Positions 56,678-64,000 of a stretch of DNA of 64,000 nt are shown here, one piece after another. The number at the start of each line of letters is the position of its first letter. The first letter of the stretch is position 1. A program made the translations under genes and the position numbers. The notes beneath the pieces were generated by a model. The model worked only from the letters and a program-made list of their open reading frames with translations. It did no database searches and was not told the origin of the DNA. Source of the stretch: an uncultured Bacilli bacterium (GTDB taxonomy: Bacteria; Bacillota_I; Bacilli_A; RF39; UBA660). Location: the NCBI GenBank assembly GCA_944358775.1, contig CALVRU010000001.1:3888-67887 (forward strand), written 5' to 3'.

Positions 56678-59600
56678 CTATACGAGTGTTTGTAATAGAT
56701 CGATCAAGTAATAAACATAATGACGTTCTAACTTAATAGTATCTAAAATAACACTGAGACAATTTCCCCGCATAGAAAAGCGAAACATCGGAGAAATCCG
56801 GAAAGCATCTAAGAATAACTTTTCGCCATCGATCATTTTTGATTTTGCTTCATTAAAAATTAATTCGATCGAGTTCTTCGTTTGTCGAACCTGACAAATT
56901 CCAACTTGTTTTGCTAATTTTTCGAACCATTCCTCATACATATAAATAGTCATAACTTCATCCAATTGACCAAAACGGTCTTCCAATTCTTCTTTTACGA
57001 CTTTCAATTTATCATAAGAATCAATTTCATTGATTTTTTTATGAATTTCAATCTTTAAATCCGTATCAAAAACATAATTATCAGCAATGTGAGTTTCAAC
57101 CGCCAAGAATGGTTTTTCCTCTTGTTCTTCGACTTCTTCCTCATTTGGTATTTCACCTTTTAACTTCATTACTTCATCATTTAACATTTTCAAGTATAAA
57201 TCAATTCCAATCGTGTCAATAAAACCGGCTTGTTCACTTCCTAAAATATCACCTGCTCCACGAATGGACAAATCACGAGTCGCGATCGAGAAACCACTGC
57301 CGAGTTCCGTGAATTCTTTAATTACATTTAACCGTTTTACCGCTGTCTCAGTAAGTACTCTACCTTTTTGATACATTAGATAAGCATAGGCAATCTTATT
57401 ACTGCGTCCAACGCGCCCACGAATTTGATACAGTTGACTAAGCCCAAAGCGATCGGCATCCAAGATAATTAAAGTATTTACATTTGGAATATCGATACCG
57501 GTTTCAATAATTGTCGTACAAAGAAGAATATCATATTCATGATGAATAAATGCCATCATCTTTTCTTCTAGTTCACTCTTATTCATCTGTCCATGCGCAA
57601 TCACGATACTAGCATCCGGCACCAACATCTGAATTTCAATCAACTTGCGTTCGATATCTTCCACTCGATTATAAAGTAAGAAAACTTGTCCATCACGCGA
57701 TAATTCTTTGTAAATCGCATCACGAATTACTTGTTTACTCTCTTCTACCACATAAGTTTGCACTGGATATCGATTCACCGGTGGTGTTTCAATCAAAGAA
57801 AGGCTGCGAATTCCAACTAAAGACATTTGTAACGTTCTTGGAATTGGCGTTGCCGTCAAAGTTAAGACATCGACATTCGCTTTATATTTCTTAATTTTTT
57901 CTTTATGCACAACTCCGAATCGTTGTTCTTCATCAATGATTAACAAACCTAAATCCTTTGGCATAATATCATCACTTAAAATACGGTGCGTTCCAAAGAC
58001 AAAATCAATTGTTCCAGCCTTCAACCCATTCAAAACCCTTTTTACCTCTTTCGGAGAAGTAAAACGATTCAATAAACCAATGCTAACCGGAAAATGTTGA
58101 AAACGTTCTTTTGCATTATCATATTGCTGACTCGATAAAATTGTCGTTGGACAAAGATACAAGACCTGCTTCGAATCACAAATTGCTTTAAAAGCCGCTC
58201 GAAAAGCAACCTCGGTTTTCCCGTAACCGACATCTCCACAAAGCAATCGATCCATCGGTTGCGGCCGTTCCATATCTTGTTTAATCTGCTCAATTGCTAA
58301 CAGTTGATCTTTTGTTTCTGTATAAGGAAATTCATGTTCGAAAGCAATTTGTAACTCCGTATCTTTCGAAAACGCATATCCCTTTTGCATCTCTCGCTGC
58401 GCATACAATCGCAAAAGCTGTTCGGCAATATCTTTAATCTTCCCGCGAACTCTTAATTTTGTCTTTTGCCATTCCGTTCCACCCAATTTATTAATTTTAG
58501 GAACCGTTCCTTCATTACCACTATATTTACTAATTAGATCAATCTTCTCGACCGGAATATAAAGTTTATCTTTTCCTTGATATAAAACCTCTAGATAATC
58601 TTTTTTCAACCCCATTTGAGTTAAAGTTCGAATTCCATTGTAAACACCAATTCCATGAACATTATGAACGACATAATCACCAACTGCTAATTTATTAATA
58701 TCCTTAATTTTAGAAGCGTATTTAAATTTTGTTTTATAAATTTTTTTCTGCTCTTTGACATGGTAAATATCACTTTCCGCTAAAAAAACATAATGGCCAT
58801 AATAAAATCCTTGTGAAATCGAGTGAACCACTAAATTTAACTGATGCTCTTCTATTTGCCCCAAATCACTTAATACATATGGAACTTCTAAATAAGAAAT
58901 AATTCGTTTTCTTTGATAATCCTTAAGGCAAATAACAATCGTACGACCATAATCCAATTGCTCTTTAAAAAATTTATTCAAAGCCTCGATGTTTTCATTA
59001 AATTTAGGAACCTCACGCGAATCAAAAGAATACAAATGATCCAAGTGAAACGTTGCATCATAATTATCAATTGTAAAATAATAGAGCTCCTTGTTAGGAA
59101 GGATCTTCTCTAATTCAAAAAAATACGTCCCCTTATAATCATTATCTTTACTAATTCGATATTCAAACGTCTCTTCTTGCGTTTTCTGATAAAGAGATTC
59201 TATATGAGAATAATCTTTAAAAATAACAACTGGGTCATCCATATAATCAAAAATACTAGCAACTTTCGAATTATAGATAGACAAATACTTCTGTTTTCGA
59301 GGTAAATCTTCCTGATAGTGTTCCAATAGAAAATCACTATATGGATAAATGTCAATCGTATTTACTTCTTGCAAAGATTTCTGCGTCTCTTCGTCAAAAA
59401 TACGAATCGAATCGATCGTATCTCCAAAAAACTCAAGACGAACAGGATGCTCTTCGCCAACCGGAAAAATATCTAAAACAAATCCACGCACACCAACTTC
59501 GCCTGTTTGGGTGACTAATGTTTCGCGAACATATCCGAGATTATAAAAATCTTCTACTAGTTTTTCCCGATCATAATCTTCTCCTACCTTTAAATGTAAG

Positions 59601-59974
59601 ATGCTCTTTCGATAAAGCTCAACCGATGGCAGAAAATGAAGATATCCCATTAGATGAGTAACGACGATACTTCTCTTTCCCATTACTAACGTATTTAATG
59701 TTTCAAGTCGGGTAACCATTAAATCCGGACTTTTTGCAATCGCTTCACTTGTCAAAAAATCATCCATCGGAAAGAAAAAAACATCATTCGTATAATTGGA
59801 AATCGTATTATATAATTTATTCGCTTCAAAAAGACTAGGTGTAACAATTAAAATCGATTCATCTTGTTTTGCAAATCTCGCACTAACGTACGCCGAAAAG
59901 AGTTCTTCGGTCATTCCCGAGAACCCTATATTATATTCATTTAAATGTAAATCTTCTGTTCGAAATAAATTCAT
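56678..59974 (-). CDS. mfd: transcription-repair coupling factor
   Basis: 1098 aa. DEEQRFGV and superfamily 2 helicase motifs. UvrB-homology N-terminus. Confidence 0.95.
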   Translation of the reverse strand: MNLFRTEDLHLNEYNIGFSGMTEELFSAYVSARFAKQDESILIVTPSLFEANKLYNTISNYTNDVFFFPMDDFLTSEAIAKSPDLMVTRLETLNTLVMGKRSIVVTHLMGYLHFLPSVELYRKSILHLKVGEDYDREKLVEDFYNLGYVRETLVTQTGEVGVRGFVLDIFPVGEEHPVRLEFFGDTIDSIRIFDEETQKSLQEVNTIDIYPYSDFLLEHYQEDLPRKQKYLSIYNSKVASIFDYMDDPVVIFKDYSHIESLYQKTQEETFEYRISKDNDYKGTYFFELEKILPNKELYYFTIDNYDATFHLDHLYSFDSREVPKFNENIEALNKFFKEQLDYGRTIVICLKDYQRKRIISYLEVPYVLSDLGQIEEHQLNLVVHSISQGFYYGHYVFLAESDIYHVKEQKKIYKTKFKYASKIKDINKLAVGDYVVHNVHGIGVYNGIRTLTQMGLKKDYLEVLYQGKDKLYIPVEKIDLISKYSGNEGTVPKINKLGGTEWQKTKLRVRGKIKDIAEQLLRLYAQREMQKGYAFSKDTELQIAFEHEFPYTETKDQLLAIEQIKQDMERPQPMDRLLCGDVGYGKTEVAFRAAFKAICDSKQVLYLCPTTILSSQQYDNAKERFQHFPVSIGLLNRFTSPKEVKRVLNGLKAGTIDFVFGTHRILSDDIMPKDLGLLIIDEEQRFGVVHKEKIKKYKANVDVLTLTATPIPRTLQMSLVGIRSLSLIETPPVNRYPVQTYVVEESKQVIRDAIYKELSRDGQVFLLYNRVEDIERKLIEIQMLVPDASIVIAHGQMNKSELEEKMMAFIHHEYDILLCTTIIETGIDIPNVNTLIILDADRFGLSQLYQIRGRVGRSNKIAYAYLMYQKGRVLTETAVKRLNVIKEFTELGSGFSIATRDLSIRGAGDILGSEQAGFIDTIGIDLYLKMLNDEVMKLKGEIPNEEEVEEQEEKPFLAVETHIADNYVFDTDLKIEIHKKINEIDSYDKLKVVKEELEDRFGQLDEVMTIYMYEEWFEKLAKQVGICQVRQTKNSIELIFNEAKSKMIDGEKLFLDAFRISPMFRFSMRGNCLSVILDTIKLERHYVYYLIDLLQTLV

Positions 59975-59983
59975 AGTAACCCC

Positions 59984-60556
59984 TTATTTCTTATGATTAT
60001 AACGATTCATTAACAAATCAAAATCGATTTTTAAAAAGTCATCTAATAACGATATTATAGTAGGTTCTAAAGAAGAAATGACAGCTTGCTCATCAGCATT
60101 AAATTTTCCTAATACATAGTCTTTGACATCCATAAAAGCATTCTTAGAAATTCCAAATTTTAATCTTTGATAATTTTGAGTTTTCAAAAAATGTTCAATA
60201 CTCTTTAGTCCATTGTGTCCGGCCGATGATCCATTCTTCCGTAATCGATAACTTCCAAGTGGTAAATCCATATCATCATGAAGAATCAATACTTGTTGCA
60301 ATGGAATCTTATAGTAATCGATCACTTGAATAATTGCTTCACCAGAATTGTTCATATAAGTAAGTGGTTTGAATAGAAAAACCTTATGATCTTGCTGAGA
60401 AAAAGAAGAGATCAACCCACCAAATTTTTCTTGCCATGTTGTAACATTATGTGTTCGGGCAAAACAATCAAGAAAATGAAATCCCATATTATGTCTTGTA
60501 TTTTCATATTCACGACCTGGATTACCAAGGCCAATAATTAAGTATATTTTTTCCAT
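59984..60556 (-). CDS. pth: peptidyl-tRNA hydrolase (start at MEKIYLIIGLGNPG)
   Basis: GLGNPG motif. The ORF-track N-terminal 40-aa extension overlaps rsmI and is unlikely to be translated. Confidence 0.9.
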   Translation of the reverse strand: MEKIYLIIGLGNPGREYENTRHNMGFHFLDCFARTHNVTTWQEKFGGLISSFSQQDHKVFLFKPLTYMNNSGEAIIQVIDYYKIPLQQVLILHDDMDLPLGSYRLRKNGSSAGHNGLKSIEHFLKTQNYQRLKFGISKNAFMDVKDYVLGKFNADEQAVISSLEPTIISLLDDFLKIDFDLLMNRYNHKK

Positions 60557-60560
60557 TTTT

Positions 60561-61415
60561 TCACTCTCCCATATGATACTCTTTGTAGACGACCGATTTC
60601 GGTAAATCTCGTTCCAAGGCAACCTTTTTAATTGCCTCTTTACTAGAAAGACCATCTTCCATATATAATTGAACATGCTCGATAATAGATAACGATGAAT
60701 AGTCTTCTACTTGCAAATTACCTGATACAACAATTACCAATTCGCCTTTAATCGCATCACCTAATTCTTGTATAACTTGCGAAATAGTTCCCCGATACAC
60801 TTCTTCATACAATTTTGAAATTTCACGACAAATAGCAATCTCCCGATCACCAAACACCTCTAAAAATGCCGTTAAAGTATCGATAATCCGATGTGGTGAT
60901 TCATAAAAAATAAGTGTATAGGGAAGACGGGCTAAACTTGCTAACTCTCTACGTTTTTGCTCATATTTTGAAGAAGTAAATCCATAGAAAAGAAAAGGTG
61001 AGGGATTAAGTCCAGACATAGTAAGAGCTGGTATTAAAGCCGTAGGACCCGGTAAAGAAATAACATCATACCCATTTTGAACGACATAAGAAACAATTTT
61101 ATAGCCAGGATCACTGATGATCGGAGTCCCGCGATCGGTCACTAACCCAATATTAAGTCCTTCTTGTAAAAACTGTAATACTTTATCCTGCATTTTATCT
61201 TCATTATGATCATGACAACTAAGTAATCGTTTATGCAAATGAAAATGGGCAAGCAATTGTTCTGTAACACGCGTATCTTCACATAAAATAAGATCAACCA
61301 TCTCCAAAGTTTTCAAAGCACGAAAGGTAATATCATCCATATTTCCAATCGGGGTTGGAATTAAATATAACTTATTTTGATTCGTCTGATAACTTTTCTG
61401 ACTCATATCTATCAC
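60561..61415 (-). CDS. rsmI: 16S rRNA (cytidine1402-2-prime-O)-methyltransferase
   Basis: LYLIPTPIGN N-terminal signature of RsmI (tetrapyrrole methylase fold). Confidence 0.9.
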   Translation of the reverse strand: MIDMSQKSYQTNQNKLYLIPTPIGNMDDITFRALKTLEMVDLILCEDTRVTEQLLAHFHLHKRLLSCHDHNEDKMQDKVLQFLQEGLNIGLVTDRGTPIISDPGYKIVSYVVQNGYDVISLPGPTALIPALTMSGLNPSPFLFYGFTSSKYEQKRRELASLARLPYTLIFYESPHRIIDTLTAFLEVFGDREIAICREISKLYEEVYRGTISQVIQELGDAIKGELVIVVSGNLQVEDYSSLSIIEHVQLYMEDGLSSKEAIKKVALERDLPKSVVYKEYHMGE

Positions 61416-62136
61416 TCCTTTCTAATTGTCTTAAAATAACATCCGTATAGCTGCCATCTTCTTGATGAACGTAAATAGGAGACAAAATTTTGAGACCTAA
61501 TTTACCATTTTTTCTTCCTTCGATCAAGAATAAATCAGAATCTTTTCCAACTTTTGGATAAATAAATTGAATTTTCTTTGGTTCCAAACCATATTTACGA
61601 AAAAGATCTAAAATTTCTACCATTCGTTCGGTTCGATGAACCATCGCAAAAACGCCATCATTTTTAAGAAGATAGCGTGTTAATCTTAATAATTCTTCTA
61701 ATGTGATCATCACCTCATGACGAGCAATCGTCTTATGTATATTTTCATTCACAATATGTTCAGAATGATATTTAAAATATGGCGGATTAGAAACAATTAC
61801 ATCAAAAGTATCAGAAGAAAACATCTGCTTTAAATCCTTCATATCGCAATGAAGTAATTGCACCTGATGATCTAAGTGATTATATTGAATTGTTTTTTGA
61901 GCTAAATCATAGATATCATTTTGAATTTCAACTCCAACGATAGAAGCTTTTGTTCGAGTAGATAAAATAAGTGGAATAGGTGCATTACCCGTTCCTAAAT
62001 CTAAGATTTTTCGATAACGTGGTTGAATCGTGACAAAATTAGAAAGCAATACAGAATCTAAAGAGAATGTAAACCAATCCGAATTTTGATAGATTTTTAA
62101 ATTCTGATAACCAACTAAATCATGTAAGACTTCCAT
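61372..62136 (-). CDS. tRNA (adenine37-N6)-methyltransferase, YabB/TrmN6-like
   Basis: NPPY motif (SNPPYFKY). Position between yaaT and rsmI. Confidence 0.75.
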   Translation of the reverse strand: MEVLHDLVGYQNLKIYQNSDWFTFSLDSVLLSNFVTIQPRYRKILDLGTGNAPIPLILSTRTKASIVGVEIQNDIYDLAQKTIQYNHLDHQVQLLHCDMKDLKQMFSSDTFDVIVSNPPYFKYHSEHIVNENIHKTIARHEVMITLEELLRLTRYLLKNDGVFAMVHRTERMVEILDLFRKYGLEPKKIQFIYPKVGKDSDLFLIEGRKNGKLGLKILSPIYVHQEDGSYTDVILRQLERSDRYESEKLSDESK

Positions 62137-62923
62137 CCGTCTTCTCCAATTCGACTAATACTCTCGTATGATCTTTCATCTCCACTGTTATCTTTCGTTG
62201 AAAAACATTCACTTCAACCACTCTTCCACGTCCCGATGGAGTATCATAATACGCTCCGATTGCCGGGAATTCCTTTTTCAATTCCGTATATAATTCATCT
62301 TCATATTTCAAACAACAGAGCAAACGTCCACACACTCCGTTAATTTTAGTAGGATTAAGGGCAATATATTGATTTTTTGCCATATTAATAGATACACTAT
62401 TAAAATCCGTCAAAAAGGTATTACAACATAAAAATCGACCACATGGACCAAGTCCACCAATTTCTTTTGCCTTATCACGAACTCCAATTTGCCGAAGCTC
62501 AATTCTAGTATGATACACTTGTGCCAGTTTTTTAGCGAGCTCACGAAAATCAATACGGCCATCTGCTACGAAATTAAATAGCAACTGATTACGATCAAAT
62601 GTAAATTGCGCATCTAAAATTCGCATCGGTAAATTTAATTTTTCGGCAAAACGTCTCGCATCCAACAAAGCTTTTTCTGCATCTTTTAAATTCTTACGGT
62701 GCTTATTATGATCTTCCTGATTTGCAAGACGAATCACATTTTTCAATAATAATCCGAGATCTTTCTCTTCTACTTCCCTTATAGAAGTCATAACTATGCC
62801 ATATTGAAGCCCCTTTTCTGTTTCAACAACCACTTTATCCCCCAAAGAAAGATCAAAATCCAATGCTGCAAAATAGTAAATTCGTCCATGCTCTACAAAA
62901 GAAACTCCAACTGTTCGAATCAT
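62120..62923 (-). CDS. ricT: PSP1-domain protein YaaT/RicT (stage 0 sporulation protein)
   Basis: PSP1 C-terminal domain pattern (GVCGRLLCCLKYE). Downstream of holB as in Bacillus. Confidence 0.8.
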   Translation of the reverse strand: MIRTVGVSFVEHGRIYYFAALDFDLSLGDKVVVETEKGLQYGIVMTSIREVEEKDLGLLLKNVIRLANQEDHNKHRKNLKDAEKALLDARRFAEKLNLPMRILDAQFTFDRNQLLFNFVADGRIDFRELAKKLAQVYHTRIELRQIGVRDKAKEIGGLGPCGRFLCCNTFLTDFNSVSINMAKNQYIALNPTKINGVCGRLLCCLKYEDELYTELKKEFPAIGAYYDTPSGRGRVVEVNVFQRKITVEMKDHTRVLVELEKTDGSLT

Positions 62924-63816
62924 GATTTCACCTCGCTAAATGAAAGAATAAATGAATCCAAAAACAGATTCAAATTAACGTTATATTGTAAACGTTCTAT
63001 ATAATTACGAATTACTTCTAACTTCTTTATTATAACATCATTTGAATTGTTTTTTGCGATTTTATGAATATCCTTTTCAAATTTTTGAAAATATGTGGGA
63101 AGTGAAGAAAAACCATATTGATATTTTAAAACCCAATCATAAAAATCTTCTAAGATTAAAAAAGCCGATAAATAATTTTCTCTCGTCGTAATCATTTGTT
63201 TCCATTTACTGCTAACATATGCAATCATAGCTGAACCACGACGAGAAAGATCCATTGCAAAATCTACCACCACGTCGACTAATTCATGAGGATGTTCTTC
63301 TTCCAAAGAATCGTGATTAATAAGCGTAAATATTTGACACCGCGAAATAATAGTATCGATCATTTGATAACGATGCTTGCCAACTAATATAGCAATAATA
63401 TTATCTTCTGGTTCCTCTAAAAATTTTAGCATCGCATTCGCAGCAGATCGATTAAGCTTGTCCGCTTCAAAGATAATGTAGATTCGCATTCCATTTGGAA
63501 CTTCAGACATCGTTTTAAATTCTGCTTGTAGATCCAAAAGCTGTTCTTTTTTTATCCATTGTCCATCCGGTTCTATGATTTTTAAATCTGGATAATTATT
63601 TTGATCGACAAGATGACTTAGTCGAATAATTTCCTCCTCTTTGAGGGAACGATTTTGACATAATAAAAACTTTGCAAAAGCAAGTACTAATTCTCTTCCT
63701 TTTGCAAAAGCATTGGTCTCTATGAAGTAGGCATGTGAAATCTTCTTGTTCTTTTCAATTGCTTGTAACACAGTATGACAAAATTCACTTTGTGTATCAA
63801 TAAAATCATCTAACAT
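62920..63816 (-). CDS. holB: DNA polymerase III subunit delta-prime
   Basis: 298 aa with AAA+ clamp-loader fold. SHAYFIETNAFAKGRELV N-terminal pattern. Synteny with yaaT. Confidence 0.8.
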   Translation of the reverse strand: MLDDFIDTQSEFCHTVLQAIEKNKKISHAYFIETNAFAKGRELVLAFAKFLLCQNRSLKEEEIIRLSHLVDQNNYPDLKIIEPDGQWIKKEQLLDLQAEFKTMSEVPNGMRIYIIFEADKLNRSAANAMLKFLEEPEDNIIAILVGKHRYQMIDTIISRCQIFTLINHDSLEEEHPHELVDVVVDFAMDLSRRGSAMIAYVSSKWKQMITTRENYLSAFLILEDFYDWVLKYQYGFSSLPTYFQKFEKDIHKIAKNNSNDVIIKKLEVIRNYIERLQYNVNLNLFLDSFILSFSEVKS

Positions 63817-63826
63817 TTTTTCACCT

Positions 63827-64000
63827 CAAAGGGCTACAACAAAAAGCAAAATCAATGCAAACAAAGCCGGCAATCCCAAAAAACTGACTAATAAAATCGT
63901 AATAAAATTGATTGGAATCACAAGATCAAAAGAAACTGCTATTAAGTTATAACCATATAATACAAAAACACCAAAAACTATTTTTTTTATGATGTGATAA
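63827..64000 (-). CDS. 3-prime end of a membrane protein gene (partial, runs off window)
   Basis: Open frame to the window edge ending ...VSFLGLPALFALILLFVVAL stop (TGA at 63827-63829). Confidence 0.35.

Overview
Low-GC (about 30-35%) Firmicutes chromosome segment with nearly all genes on the minus strand. Gene order mirrors two conserved Bacillus-type blocks: (i) the str/rif/ribosomal block (tuf-fusA-rpsG-rpsL, rpoC-rpoB-ybxB, rplL-rplJ-rplA-rplK-nusG-secE, sigH-rlmB-mrnC-cysS) and (ii) the origin-proximal yab block (holB-yaaT-yabB-rsmI-pth-mfd-spoVT-metG-tatD-yabE ... ksgA-yabG-veg-spoVG-yabP-yabQ-divIC-tilS-ftsH-dusB-lysS). Several sporulation-associated genes are present (spoVG, spoVT, yabP, yabQ, yabG, veg, yaaT), which suggests an Erysipelotrichia/Bacilli-like lineage; no lineage can be assigned with confidence. 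Set into this core are accessory insertions that I consider the interesting part. (1) An operon centred on a SipW-type (ER/archaeal-type) signal peptidase I is flanked by at least four paralogous secreted proteins carrying SipW-cognate (TasA/camelysin-like ...[ST][FY]A[FY][FY]...) signal peptides. Two of them are near-identical tandem duplicates, each with its own promoter, strong RBS and terminator. The cluster (46761-51585) lies between yabE and ksgA. (2) A stand-alone gene for a 393-aa secreted protein with the same signal type sits between rpoC and rpsL. It is driven by a promoter whose -35/-10 spacer contains a (G)10 homopolymer, a classical slipped-strand phase-variation switch. Next to it is a 60-aa gene with a prepilin-like (class III) N-terminus and its own extended -10 promoter, RBS and terminator. 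(3) Two hypothetical proteins, one tail-anchored, follow the SigH-like sigma factor where rpmGB/yacP would be expected. A large 896-aa tail-anchored protein lies between secG and eno. Unannotated RNA features were also found: a T-box riboswitch leader upstream of metG, an L10(rplJ) leader, many intrinsic terminators, and a complete 55-aa small membrane ORF below the ORF-track cutoff between metG and tatD. No CRISPR arrays, rRNA/tRNA genes, transposases or obvious prophage genes were found.
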